A stretch of DNA of 64,000 nucleotides from positions 11,842,001-11,906,000 of the forward strand of contig CATOCA020000001.1 in NCBI GenBank assembly GCA_951406725.2. The letters are read 5' to 3'. The notes under the pieces were generated by a model. The model saw only the letters and a list, made by a program, of their open reading frames with translations. It did no database searches and was not told the DNA's origin. Within the stretch, counting starts at the first letter, position 1, and every line of letters starts with the position of its first letter. Positions 1 through 14,854 of the stretch are shown here, in pieces. The position numbers were made by a program, and so were the translations under genes. The stretch comes from Octopus vulgaris. Taxonomy: Eukaryota.

Positions 1-3000
1 AATACCTGTTTCTTTACTAATCATAAGGGGCTTAACACTGAGGGAACAAACAGGGACAGACTAACGGATTCAGTTGATTACATCGACCCCAGTGCATAAC
101 AGGTATTTAATTTATCGGCCCCTAAAAGATTAAAAGCAAAGTCGACCTCGGAAGAATTTGAACTCAGAACGTAACGGCAGACGAAATACCCATTTCTTTA
201 CTACCCACAAGGGGCTAAACACAGAGGGGACAAACAAGGTCAGACAAATACATTAAATTGATTACATCGACCCCAGGGCGTAACTGGTACTTAATTTATC
301 GACCCCGAAATGATGAAAGGCAAAGTCGACTTCGGAAGAATTTAAACTCAGAAGATAAAGACAGACGAAATACCTGTTTCTTTACTACCCACAAGGGGCT
401 AAACACAGCGGGAACAAACTTGAACTGGCGGTGTGCTGGCAGAACAGTTAGCACGCCGGGCGAAATGCGTAGCCGAATTTCGTCTGCCGCTACGTTCTTA
501 GTTCAAATTCCTCCCTGGTCGACTTTGCCTTTCATCCATTCGGGGTCGATTTAATAAGTACCAGCTACACACTGGGGTCGATTTAATCGACTTAATCCGT
601 TTGTCTGCCCTTGCTTGTCTTCTCTGTGTTTATCCCCTCGTGGGTAGTAAAGAAATAGGTTCTTAATTTATCGACCCCGAAAGGATGCAAGGTACAGCCG
701 ACCTCGGATGAATTTGAACTCAGAACGTAAAGACAGACGAAATACCTGTTTCTTTACTACCCACAAGGGGCTAAACACAGAGGGAACAAGCAAGGACAGA
801 CAAACGGATTAAGTCGATTACATCGACCACAGTGCGTAACTGGTACTTAATTTATCGACCCCAGGAGGATGAAACGCAAATTCGACCTCGGCGGAATTTG
901 AACTCAGAACGTAACGGCAGACGAAATACCTGTTTCTTTACTACCCACAAGGGGCTAAACACTGAGGAGACAAACAAGGACAGACAAACAGATTAAGTTG
1001 ATTACATCCACCCCAGTGCGTAACTGGTATTTAATTTATCGGCCCCTAAAAGATGAAAAGCAAGATCGACCTCGGCGGAATTTGAACTCAGAACGTAAAG
1101 ACAGACGAAATACCTGTTTCTTTACTAACCACAAGAGACTAAACACTGAGGGGACAAACTTGAACTGGCGGTGAGCTGGCAGAACAGTTAGCACGCCGTA
1201 GCTGTATTTCGTCTGCCTTTACGTTCTGAGTTCAAATTCCGCCGAGGTCGACTTTGATTTCATCCTTTCGGGGTCGATAAATTAAGTACCAGTTACGTAC
1301 TGGGGTCGATTTATTCGACGTAATCCGTTCGTCTGTCCTTGCTTGTCTTCTCTGTGTTTAGTCGCTCCTGGGTAGTAAAGAAATAGGTACTTAATTTATC
1401 GGCCCCTAAAGGATGAAAGGCAAAGTCGACCTCGGAGGAATTTGAACTCAGAACGTAAAGACAGACGAAATACCTGTTTCTTTACTAATCATAAGGGTCT
1501 TAACACTGAGGGAACAAACAGGGACAGACTAACGGATTCAGTTGATTACATCGACCCCAGTGCATAACTGGTATTTAATTTATCGGCACCTAAAATATTA
1601 AAAGCAAAGTAGACCTCGGAAGAATTTGAACTCAGAACGTAAAGACAGAGGAAATACCCATTTCTTTACTACCCACAAGGGGCTAAACACAGAGGGGACA
1701 AACAAGGTCAGACAAATACATTAAATTGATTACATCGAACTCAGTGCGTAACTAGTACTTAATTTATCGACCCCGAAATGATGAAAGGCAAAGTCGACCT
1801 CGGAAGAATTTAAACTCAGAAGATAAAGACAGACGAAATACCTGTTTCTTTACGACCCACGAGGGGCTAACACAGCGGGAACAAACTTGAACTGGCGGTG
1901 TGCTGGCAGAACAGTTAGCACGCCGGGCGAAATGCGTAGCCGTATTTCGTCTGCCGCTACATTCTTAGTTCAAATTCCTACCTGGTCGACTTTGCCTTTC
2001 ATCCATTCTGGGTCGATTTAATAAGTACCAGCTACGCACTGGGGTCGATTTAATCGACTTAATCCGTTTGTCTGCCCTTGCTTGTCTTCTCTGTGTTTAG
2101 CCCCTCGTGGGTAGTAAAGAAATAGGTACTTAATTTATCGGCCCCTAAAGGATGAAAGGCAAAGTCGACCTCGGAGGAATTTGAACTCAGAACGTAAAGA
2201 CAGACGAAATACCTGTTTCTTTACTACCCACAAGGGGCTAAACACAGAGGGAACAAGCAAGGACAGACAAACGGATTAAGTCGATTACATCGAGCACAGT
2301 GCGTAACAGGTATTTAATTTATCGGCCCCGAAATGATGAAAGGCAAACACAGAGGGAACAAACTTGAACTGGCGGTGAGCTGGCAGAACCGTTAGCACGC
2401 CGGGCGAAATGCGTAGCTGTATTTCGTCTGCCTTTACGTTCTGAGTTCAAATTCCGCCGAGGTCGACTTTGCCTTTCATCCTTTCGGGGTCGATAAATTA
2501 TGTACCATTTACGCACTGGGGTCGATTTAATCGACGTAATCGGTTTGTCTATCCTTGCTTGTCTTCTCTGTGTTTAGCCGCTCCTGGTTAGGAAAGAAAT
2601 AGGTACTTAATTTATCGGCCCCTAAACGATGAAAGGCAAAGTCGACCTCGGAGGAATTTGAACTCAGAACGTAAAGACAGTCGAAAAACCAGTTTCTTTA
2701 CTACACACAAGGGGCTAAACACTGAGGGGACAAACAAGCACAGACAAACGGATTAAGTCGATTACATCAACCGCAGTGCGTAACTGGTACTTAATTTATC
2801 GACCCCGAAAAGATGAAAGGCAAAGTCAACCTCAACGGAATTTAAACTCAGAACATAAAGACAGACGAAATACCAGTTACTTTACTTACCCACGAGGGGC
2901 TAAACACAGAGGGGACAAACAAGGACAGACAAGCAGATCAAATTGATTACCTCGACCCCAGTACGTAACTGGTACTTAATTTATCGGCCCCGAAAAGATG

Positions 3001-6000
3001 AAAGTCAAAGTTGACCTCGGCTGAATTTGAACTCAGAACGTAAAGACAGATGAAATACGTATTTCTTTACTATCCACAAGGGACTAAACACAGAGGGGAC
3101 AAACAAGGACAGACAAACAGATTAAGTCGATTACATCGACCCCAGTGCATAACTGGTACTTAATTTATTGGCCCCTAAAATATGAAAAGCAAAATCGACC
3201 ACGGCGGAATTTGAATTCAGAACGTAACGGAAGACGAAATACCCATTTCTTTACTAACCATAAGGGGCTAAACACAGAGGGGACAAATAAGGACAATCAA
3301 ACGTATTAAGTCGATTACATGGACTCCAGTGCGCAACTGGTACTAAAATTATCGGTCCCGAAAGGATGAAAGGCAATGTCAACCTCAGAGGAATTTGACC
3401 TTAGAACGTAAAGACATAGGAAATACCTGTTTCTTTACTAACCACAAGGGGCTAAACACTGAGGGGACAAACATGGACAGACAAAAGGATTAAGTCGATT
3501 ACATTGACCCCAGTGCGTAAATGCTACTTAATTTATCGACCCCGAAAGGATGAAAGGCTAAGTCGACCTCGGCGGAATTTGAACTCAGAATGTAAAGACA
3601 GATGAAATACCTTTTTCTTTACTACCCACAATGGGGTAAACACTGAAGGGACAAACAAGGACAGACAAACAGATTAAATTGATTACATCGACTCCAGTGC
3701 GTAACTGGTACTTAATTTATCGGCCCCTAAAGGATGAAAAGCAAAGTCGACCTCGGAGGAATTTGAACTCAGAAAGTAAAGACAGACGAAATACGTGTTA
3801 CTTTTCTAACCATAAGGGGCTTAACATTGAGGGAACAAACAGCGACAAACTAACGGATTCAGTTGATTACATCGACCCTAGTGCATAACTGGTACTTCAT
3901 TTATCGATCCCGTAAGGATGAAAGGCAAAGTCGACCTCGGAGGAATTTGAACTCAGAAAGGAAAGACAGACGAAATAACTGTTTCTTTACTAATCGCAAG
4001 GGGCTAAACACTGAGAGGACAAACAAGGACAGACAAACGGATTAAGTTGATTACATCAACCCCAGTACGTAACTGGTACTTAATTTATCGGCCCCTAAAA
4101 GATGAAAAGCAAAATCGATTTCTTTACTACCCACAAGGGGCTAAACACAGAGGGCACAAATAATGAGAGTCAAACGGATTAAGTCGATTATATGGACTCC
4201 AGTGCGAAACTGGTACTAAAGTTATCGGCCCAGAAAGGATGAAAGGCAAAGTCAACCTAGAATGAATTTGAACTTAGAACGTAAAGAGAGACGAAATACC
4301 TGTTTCTTTACTACCCACAAGGGGCTAAACGCAGAGGAAGCAAACTTGAACTGGCGGTGAGCTGGCAGAACCGTTAGCACGCCGGGTGAAATGCGTAGCT
4401 GTATTTCGTCTGCCTTTACGTTCTGAGTTCAAAATCCGCCGAGGTCGACTTTGCCTTTCATCCTTTCAGGGTCGATAAATTAAGTACCAGTTACGCACTG
4501 GGGTCGATTTAATCGACGTAATCCGTTTGTCTGTCATTGCTTTTCTTCTCTGTGTTTAGCCGCCCCTGGGTAGTAAAGAAATAGGTACTTAATTTATCGG
4601 CCCCTAAAGGATGAAAGGCAAAGTCGAACTCGGAGGAATTTGAACTCAGAACGTAAAGACAGACGAAATACCTGCTTCTTTACTAACCATAAGGGGCTTA
4701 ATACTGAGGGAACAAACAGGGACAGACTAACGGATTCAGTTGATTACATCGACCCTAGTGCATAACTGGTACTTAATTTATCGATCCCGAAAGGATGAAA
4801 GGCAATGTCGACCTCGGAGGAATTTGAACTCAGAACGTAAAGACAGACGAAATACCTATTTCTTTACTAACCATAAGGGGCTTAACACTGAGGGAACAAA
4901 CAGCGACAGACTAACGGATTCAGTTGATTACATCGACCCTAGTGCATAACTGGTACTTAATGTATCGGCCCCTAAAGGATGAAAGGCAAAGTCGACCTCG
5001 GAGGAATTTGAACTCAGAACGTAAAGACAGACGAAATACCTGTTTCTTTTCTAACCATAAGGGGCTTAACACTGAGGGAACAAACAGCGACAGACTAACG
5101 GATTCAGTTGATTACATCGACCCGAGTGCGTAACTGGTAATTAATTTATCGGCCCCGAAAGGATGAAAGGCAAAGTCGACCTCGGAGGAATTTGAACTCA
5201 GAACGTAAAGACAGACGAAATACCTGTTTCTTTACTACACACAAGGGGCTAAACACTGAGGGGACAAACAAGGACAGACAAACGGATTAAGTCGATTACA
5301 TCGACCGCAGTGCGTAACTGGTACTTAATTTATCGACTCCGAAAAGATGAAAGGCAAAGTCGACCTCAACGGAATTTGAACTCAGAACACAAAGACAGAT
5401 GAAATACCTATTTCTCTAATACCCACAAGGGGATAAACACATAGGGGACAAACAAGGGCAGACAAACAGATTAAGTCTATTACATCGACTCCAGTGCGTA
5501 ACTGGTAATTAATTTATCGACCCCGAAATGCTAAAAGGCAAAGTCGACCTCGGAGGAATTTGAACACAGAACGTAAAGACAGATGAATTACCCTTTTCTT
5601 TACGACCCACAAGGGACTAAACTCAAAGGACACAAACATGGACAGACAAAAGGATTAAGTTGATTACATCGACCTCAGTACTTAATTGGTACATAAACTA
5701 TCGGCCCCGAAAAGATGAAAGGCAAAGTCAACCTCGGAGGAATTTGAACTCAGAACGTAAAGACAGACGAAATACCTGTTTCTTTACTACCCACAGGGGG
5801 CTAAACGCAGGGGGAACAAACTTGAACTGGCGGTGAGCTGGCGGAACAGTTTGCACGCCGGGCGAAATGCGTAGCTGTATTTCATCTGCCTTTACGTTCT
5901 GAGTTCAAATTCCGCCGAGGTCGACTTTGATGTCATCCTTTCGGGGTCGATAAATTAAGTACCAGTTACGCACTGGGGCCGATTTAATCTACGTTATCCG

Positions 6001-6759
6001 TTTGTCTGTCCTTGCTTGTCTTCTCTGTGTTTAGCCGCTCGGCCCCTAAATGATGAAAGGCAAAGTCGACCTCGGATGAATTTGAACTCAGAACGTAAAG
6101 ACAGACGAAATACCTGTTTCTTTTCTAACCATAAGGGGCTTAACACTGAGGGAACAAACAGCGACAGACTAACGGATTCAGTTGATTACATCGACTCCAG
6201 TGCATAACTGGTACTTAATTTATCGACCCCGAAAGGATGAATGGCAAAGTCGAACTCGGAGGAATTTGAACTCAGGACGTAAAGACAGACGAAATACCTG
6301 TTTCTTTACTACCCACGAGGGGCTAAACATAGAGGGGACAAATAAGGAAAGACAAACAGATCAAGTTGATTACCTCGACCCCAGTGCGTAACTGGTACTT
6401 AATTTATCGGCCCCGAAAAGATGAAAGTCAAAGTCGACCTCGGCAGAATTTGAACTCAGAACGTAAAGACAGATGAAATGCGTATTTCTTTACTATCCAC
6501 AAGGGAGTAAACACAGAGGGGACAAACAAGAACAGACAAACGGATTAAGTCGATTACTTCGACACCAGTGCGTAACTGGTACTTAATTTATAGACCCCGA
6601 AAGCATGAAAGGCAAAGTCGACCTCGGAGGAATTTGAACTCAGAACGTAAAGACAGATGAAATACCTATTTCTTTACTACCCACAAGGGGCTAAACAAAT
6701 AGGGGATAAACAAGATCAGACAAACGGATTAAGTCGATTACATCGACCCTAGCGCGTCC
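1..6759. repeat. Satellite of ~183-bp monomers derived from a tRNA-type SINE body, mostly minus-oriented, with six embedded plus-oriented head-bearing copies
   Basis: Monomer ...gtcgacctcggaggaatttgaactcagaacgtaaagacagacgaaatacctgtttctttacta... recurs about every 183 bp. Plus copies begin ggcggtgagctggcagaa (A-box-like) and contain gagttcaaattc (B-box-like). The segment gcctttcatcctttcggggtcgataaattaagtacc resembles the Nin/Deu SINE domain (from recall). Confidence 0.9.
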
Positions 6760-6761
6760 CT

Positions 6762-7299
6762 GAGAGCAGTTTATGCCATCAAAGTGACATTGGGGTAAAA
6801 TATACGAAGCCCAGTATACCCATCATGACTACCCGTCTGATAAGTGTACACCAGGCACGTGCATCACAACCATATGTGCGCGACATGGTGATCTCATATC
6901 AAAATAAACAGCACATGACCTTGCAGGTGGGGGCCAGTTAGAAATTTCTTCAGGTTGAGTAGCTCATCCCGCTCAAAAGGTCCCTGAATAAGAGTTGTTT
7001 AAGGATGTTGAAAGAACCACCCATGTTTCCAGAGGTGAATTATTCAAACCCCAAAGAATCCCTCTCAACACATGGCTATGATGCTCCCCCACTACTTCTG
7101 CTCGTGATCAGTGATGCACATATCGTCAGTCACTTAGGGACATGCTCAACTGGTTAAGGTCAAACAACTGACAAGCAAATCTGTGGTATTGAGCAGAATA
7201 TTTGCTGTAGCCCATCTTTAATACCAAGACAAAACAATGTACATGAGGACACTTCCAATCAGTTAAGATCAGAAGCCATGAGAGCCACTGCCTGGTACT

Positions 7300-7300
<1 letters not shown>
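6762..7300. mobile_element. Non-coding interspersed repeat abutting an (ATT)n tract; second copy at ~28143-28541
   Basis: Near-identical sequence occurs at 28160-28541; both copies end ...gagagccactgcctggtactg just before (ATT)n. Confidence 0.7.
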
Positions 7301-9217
<1,917 letters not shown>

Positions 9218-9479
9218 GGGTGCGAGTTGGCACAATTGTTAGCACGCCGGGCGAAATGCTAAGCGGTATTTCTTCTGCCGTTACGTTGTGAGTTGAAATT
9301 CCGCCGAAGTCGTCTTTGCCTCTCATCATTTCGGGGTCGATAAAATAAATACCAGTTACGCACTGGGGTCGAAAGTCAATGTCGACCTCGGCGGAATTTC
9401 AACTCAGAACGTAGCGGCAGACGAAATACCGCTTAGCATTTCGCCCGGCCTGCTAACGTTTCTGCCAGCTGGCCGGCTT
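9218..9479. mobile_element. Two SINE copies (same family as the satellite) in opposite orientation
   Basis: Plus copy ~9218-9371 (gttagcacgccgggcgaaatgc...ggggtcgataaaataaataccag) followed by a minus copy ~9373-9479. Confidence 0.8.
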
Positions 9480-9489
9480 AAATTATTTG

Positions 9490-9978
9490 CAAGTTTCTAA
9501 TAAACCCCAATGTCTGTTCAAATACGTCTTTTCCTCAAAACCTGGGACTTCCGATTTGATCTGAATGTATAATGAGGATGATAAGAGGGGTGGTGGAGAT
9601 AAATACGGGATAACGTGGCTTTTCAAAAATATTTCTGGGACTATTCGGCCTTCCGAAAACTTACCTTTTGTGTCCAAAGATTCGATGCTAGTTTTTGAAA
9701 AGCACGTTGTGTATTTTATTTTGGACTCAAAGACATAGTCTTCCGCGAAGCAGTCACAGAAATGTAAAAATTTGACTAAACTATCCTGTGTTCCTTCCTA
9801 GACAAGGAAAGACGACGTCAATGAACCGTAACCAGAGTGTAGGTTTATGATCAAGTAGGGATTTGAATATCTCCATTGATTGCATTTCAAATTTTGTCAT
9901 GAAGATATTTGCGAAATTAACCGCCATGGGGTTACTCATGGCGCAGACCTTCATCTGATGGAACCACTTTTTTTGCCA
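9490..9978 (-). pseudogene. Degenerate Penelope-like reverse transcriptase fragment
   Basis: Minus-strand translation ...WFHQMKVCAMSNPMAVNFANIFMTKFE...PTLWLRFIDVVF... matches the PLE RT motifs GxAMGxPMAxxFANIFM and WxRF/YIDD. Confidence 0.7.
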
Positions 9979-9989
9979 AACTTCATTGC

Positions 9990-10388
9990 GTTACTTTACT
10001 CTTTTACATATTTCAGTCATTTGACTGTGGCCATGCTGGAGCACCACCTTTAGTCGAGCAAATCGACCCCGGGACTTATTCTTTGTAAGCCCAGTACTTT
10101 TGCCGAACCGCTAAGTGACGGGGACGTAAACACACCAGCATCGGTTGTCAAGCAATGCGAGGGGGACAAACACAGACACACAAACACACACATACTCATA
10201 TATATATATATATATACATATATACGACAGGCTTCTTTCAGTTTCCGTCTACCAAATCTACTCACAAGGCATTGTTCGGCCCGGGGCTGTAGCAGAAGAC
10301 ACTTGACCAAGATCCCACGCAGTGGGACTGAACCCGGAATTATGTGGTTGGTAGGCAAGCTACTTACCACACATCACTTCTGCGCCTA
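9990..10388 (-). mobile_element. tRNA-derived SINE, family 2 (also at 15024-15283 + and 46482-46895 +)
   Basis: Shared head gtgtggtaagtagcttgc...ggttcagtcccactgcgtgg...gccttgtgagt.gatttggtagacggaaactgaaagaagcc, plus an internal (AT)n. Confidence 0.8.
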
Positions 10389-10394
10389 TATATG

Positions 10395-10441
<47 letters not shown>

Positions 10442-10475
10442 CTTATATATATATATACATATATATATACATATA

Positions 10476-10525
<50 letters not shown>

Positions 10526-10683
10526 GCAAGATTTTTTATGTGAAGTCGTGTGTTGAAACAGATATTGTTATATTTCGGAATGGTCATATTGCCAGTTTAG
10601 CCAATAAAAACACACGCACTATATATTTGGTGTTACTTTGCTTCAGTGTTATTTATTTTTTACATTAATCTTAATCTTATTTC

Positions 10684-10727
10684 GGCCAGAGTTCTTTCGT
10701 CACACTCCTGTGACCGCATCAGTGGTC
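10684..10727 (-). ncRNA. Hammerhead-like ribozyme motif with variant core in the inverted PLE arm
   Basis: GACCA-CTGATGCG-GTCACA(GGAG)TGTGAC-GAAA-GAAC-TC-TGGCC: stem I CCA/TGG, 6-bp stem II, core CUGAUGC instead of CUGAUGA. Confidence 0.5.
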
Positions 10728-11060
10728 TTTTGTTTTCTTCTTTCGTATTTGTGTCTCACCTTACTAACCGTCAGCCATTTTGTATTTCTATTGTATGTCT
10801 TCATTTGCGCATGCTTTTATCTCTCTGTGCGTCTATGTTTATTTAGTGTGTGTGTGTGTGTGGGGGGGAATGTCTGTAATATTTGTATCTTCTGTTTATA
10901 TACATTCATGTAATTTGTATTCTGTTTTTGTTGTTGTTGCTTTTGTTCATGTGTTTACATCCACCCATTATTATCATTACATATGCTTGTATGTATGTAT
11001 AACAACAATATTAATAATAATAATAATAAATCTAATCGAAAAAAAAAAAAGAAAGAAAAA

Positions 11061-11105
<45 letters not shown>

Positions 11106-11122
11106 CACACATATATACACAT

Positions 11123-11155
<33 letters not shown>

Positions 11156-11929
11156 CATACATACATAGATATATATACATATATATAGTTATTCATTTCT
11201 ATTTGTTTATTTATCTGTGTATTTATTTATTATGTTTTCGGGATCCTCTATTGTCATATGTTGTGGTGTGTGTTAGTGCTCCATTCTAGTTTTCTATTCA
11301 GGCTAGGTTTATTTTCTATCATATGTGTAGCTTCTGTAATTTGTCTAATTGTTGCATCTGTTCTATATGTGGACAATATCTTAATCTCTATGTTATTGAT
11401 TGATCCCCCGTGTTCCTGTTCGGCGTGTTGGTACAGAATCGATGAGCTTTTACCTTCCTTGAGTTGTGTCCAATGTACATTCACCCGCTCTCCTATGCTT
11501 CTTGCCGTTTCCCCTACGTATGTTATTGTCTTGTTACTGCATCGTCCCTCTATACATCTCATACTATAGACTACATTTCTGGCTTTACAGAACGATAACA
11601 GTAACAGTAACGATAATGAAGATAACCCTAGAAAGACCATTGACATGTATACCCATCCCTTTGACACTCAACTCTTCAACGTATGCGACAAAACTTACTG
11701 CATGAACCGGATTTATCCAACAACATTACCCTTCAACAAAAGAGTATACATCCCAAGACGTACTAATGACCATATGGAAGCACAGTTCGCTATAGCTAGG
11801 ACCAAACTTAGACAGATTTTATGATTATACATTAAGAGACAGAGACAGAATAAGACAGATGCCCAACAACTCGGGATTAAACCTGCATGTGGCCTACAGA
11901 AGCTCATTCAGCGCACGAGGAACGGAGAG

Positions 11930-14047
11930 GTGATATGCCTTCCCACAGATAAGTCCGGCAGGATGTCAATAGACAGCTTACCGAACTACATCCAGGCAAT
12001 GCAACCTCATATCGCCAATACAAAAATAACAACTGTACAGGCGCATGAGGAGAGAGAAAAGGTCCTCAATGCCCACATGATGATGTGGACAATTGTTCTG
12101 GGACCCCAGAAACGTACTGCAAAGAATTTCCAAGACTGGAACAATGATATCCCGGCACTGTATGGATTTCGCAAGGACCATAAAGTTTTTACTGACCCTA
12201 TAGCAGGACCACCAACAAGACCAGTCTGTGGAGCGAATATCGCTAGCAACTACATAATCTCCTACTTCCTCTCAATGATCATACGCCCTATAATCAGGAT
12301 GTCACCTGATGTGTGTGACAGCACAGAAGATCTCCTAAGCAGGATCAGTGACTATAACAAAACTTGTGACTTGACAGGATGTATAGTAGGTAGCATGGAT
12401 GTGGTATCCCTATACCCATCGATTGACGTAGATTTTGCAGTGGAGAAGTGCGTGGAGATGATCAACGAGAGCCAGGTGGAGTTCTGTAATGTCAATACAG
12501 AAGAACTGGGCCTCCTACTTAGACTGACATATAATAAGGAATACTTAGATAAACATAATCTTAGTAGTTTCTGCCCCAGTAGATGTTTAAGAGGTAGACC
12601 GCCTACAATTACTTCTATGGCTAGGAAGACACATGTAGAAAGATGGCGCGGATGGACCAGAGCCACACGGAGTCCCGCAAATGTCCATCAGGTAAAGAAA
12701 ATGATCGCACATGCACTAGGAGCTAGTATAAGAGTTACCCTAAAAGGCCACACATTTAAATTTAATAATAAAATATATGCCCAGGACGAGGGGGCAGCCA
12801 TCGGTGTTAGTATCGCTGGTGATGTGGCCAACCTTTTCATGGTATGGTGGGAGAGAAGGCTTAAAGAACGCCTACTGCAGAAATCCATACTCGTAAACAT
12901 GTACTCTCGCTATGTTGATGATATCAACATAGTGGTAAAGGCACCCCCACAAGAGAGTAATGTTGATATAGTAATAGAAACTAATACTATGGAGAGCATC
13001 CAGCAAATAGCTAACTCCATCCACCAGAGTATTAAGGTCACAATAGACTACCCCACTAACCACCCCAACCATAGACTACAAGTACTAGACACTGAACTCT
13101 GGCTAGAAATTGTTAATAATAAAACCAAAATCCTTCATTCATACTATGCAAAGCCTATGGCCTCAAAATACCTGATCCACCGGAACTCAGCCATTGCGGG
13201 CAATGCCAAATTCAATATTTTGATGGCAGACCTCGTCAGAATAATGAGAAATGTGTCACGCATGTGCGAGCCTACAGAATTAAAGAGACACATACAGTAT
13301 TTCATTCACCGCATGCAGTTCTCAGGTTACAGCCATAAAGAAAGGATCAGAGTATACAAAGGAGCCATGAAGAAATTTGATAATATATTATGTAATGATA
13401 GGAATGGGATTTGCCCACTCTATAGAAACAAGTCATGGAACACTATAGAAAGGACAAAAAAGAAAATAGAGAAGGCCAACTCTTGGTATGATAGGCATAA
13501 ATACCAGAGTGTCATGTTCGTTGACACCACACCTGGAAGTGAACTGGCGTACCGCTTTAGAAGGACCCTAGATAAACTTAAACTAAGAATTAAGGTTGTT
13601 GAAAAGCCAGGCAACCCTATCAAATCTATAATTGGTAGAACCTATCCTTTTAGTAGAACCCTCTGTACGGATAACTATTGCACTGTATGTAGATTTAGCC
13701 CACAAACAAACTGTAAAGTCAGAAATGTAGTCTATAGTATGAGATGTATAGAGGGACGATGCAGTAACAAGACAATAACATACGTAGGGGAAACGGCAAG
13801 AAGCATAGGAGAGCGGGTGAATGACCATTGGACACAACTCAAGGAAGGTAAAAGCTCATCGATTCTGTACCAACACGCCGAACAGGAACACGGGGGATCA
13901 ATCAATAACATAGAGATTAAGATATTGTCCACATATAGAACAGATGCAACAATTAGACAAATTACAGAAGCTACACATATAATAGAAAATAAACCTAGCC
14001 TGAATAGAAAACTAGAATGGAGCACTAACACACACCACAACATATGA
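11930..14047 (+). CDS. Penelope-like RT + GIY-YIG endonuclease polyprotein with Cys-rich linker (Neptune-like)
   Basis: Motifs PTDKSG, ALYGFRKDHK, SMDVVSLYPSI, GAAIG, YSRYVDD and CTVC...VVYSMRC...YVGETARSIGER. The frame extends upstream to ~11591 through one TGA at 11822. Confidence 0.92.
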   Translation: MICLPTDKSGRMSIDSLPNYIQAMQPHIANTKITTVQAHEEREKVLNAHMMMWTIVLGPQKRTAKNFQDWNNDIPALYGFRKDHKVFTDPIAGPPTRPVCGANIASNYIISYFLSMIIRPIIRMSPDVCDSTEDLLSRISDYNKTCDLTGCIVGSMDVVSLYPSIDVDFAVEKCVEMINESQVEFCNVNTEELGLLLRLTYNKEYLDKHNLSSFCPSRCLRGRPPTITSMARKTHVERWRGWTRATRSPANVHQVKKMIAHALGASIRVTLKGHTFKFNNKIYAQDEGAAIGVSIAGDVANLFMVWWERRLKERLLQKSILVNMYSRYVDDINIVVKAPPQESNVDIVIETNTMESIQQIANSIHQSIKVTIDYPTNHPNHRLQVLDTELWLEIVNNKTKILHSYYAKPMASKYLIHRNSAIAGNAKFNILMADLVRIMRNVSRMCEPTELKRHIQYFIHRMQFSGYSHKERIRVYKGAMKKFDNILCNDRNGICPLYRNKSWNTIERTKKKIEKANSWYDRHKYQSVMFVDTTPGSELAYRFRRTLDKLKLRIKVVEKPGNPIKSIIGRTYPFSRTLCTDNYCTVCRFSPQTNCKVRNVVYSMRCIEGRCSNKTITYVGETARSIGERVNDHWTQLKEGKSSSILYQHAEQEHGGSINNIEIKILSTYRTDATIRQITEATHIIENKPSLNRKLEWSTNTHHNI

Positions 14048-14187
14048 CGATAGAGGATCCCGAAAACATAATAAATAAATACACAGATAAATAAACAAAT
14101 AGAAATGAATAACTATATATATGTATATATATCTATGTATGTATGTGTATATATATATATATGTATGTATATGTGTATATATGTGTG

Positions 14188-14250
<63 letters not shown>

Positions 14251-14257
14251 AAGAGGA

Positions 14258-14388
14258 AATGAAGAAAATGCTGACAAATAATTGAAGTAATTTAAGTAAT
14301 TTAATTAGGTGAAAGTTCTTTTTAAAAGAACTTTCACCTAATTAAATTACTTAAATTACTTCAATTATTTGTCAGCATTTTCTTCATT
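14258..14388. repeat. Perfect palindrome, 65-bp arms, 1-nt spacer at 14323
   Basis: aatgaagaaaatgctgac...gaaagttctttt-t-aaaagaactttc...gtcagcattttcttcatt read directly. Confidence 0.95.
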
Positions 14389-14428
14389 ACCTTTTTATAT
14401 ATCACCACTCGTGTTCGACATCTCCTTT

Positions 14429-14478
<50 letters not shown>

Positions 14479-14810
14479 TTTTTCTTTCTTTTTTCTTCGA
14501 TTAGATTTATTATTATTATTACTAATATTGTTGTTATACATACATACAAGCATATGTAATGATAATAATCGGTGGATGTAAACACATGAACAAAATTAGA
14601 ACAAAAGCAACAACAACAAAAACAGAATACAAATTACATGAATGTATATAAACAGAAGATACAAATATTACAGACATTCCCTCCACACACACCAAATAAA
14701 CATAGACGCACAGAGAGATACAAGCAAGCGCAAATGAAGACATACAATAGAAATACAAAATGGCTGACGGTTAGTAAGGTGAGACGCAAATACGAAAGAA
14801 GAAAACAAAA

Positions 14811-14854
14811 GACCACTGATGCGGTCACAGGAGTGCGACGAAAGAACTCTGGCC
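14811..14854 (+). ncRNA. Hammerhead-like ribozyme motif with variant core in the PLE 3' region
   Basis: Same motif as 10684-10727 with one stem II mismatch (GTCACA/TGCGAC). Confidence 0.45.

Noticed and set aside
258-6391. Repeated MITST... ORFs, or a CRISPR-like array
   Set aside because: Contiguous SINE-derived monomers with no unique spacers, no cas genes and frequent stops; the context is eukaryotic.
11822-11824. In-frame TGA in the PLE ORF as selenocysteine
   Set aside because: Not at a recognisable Cys position and no SECIS identified; a nonsense mutation is simpler.
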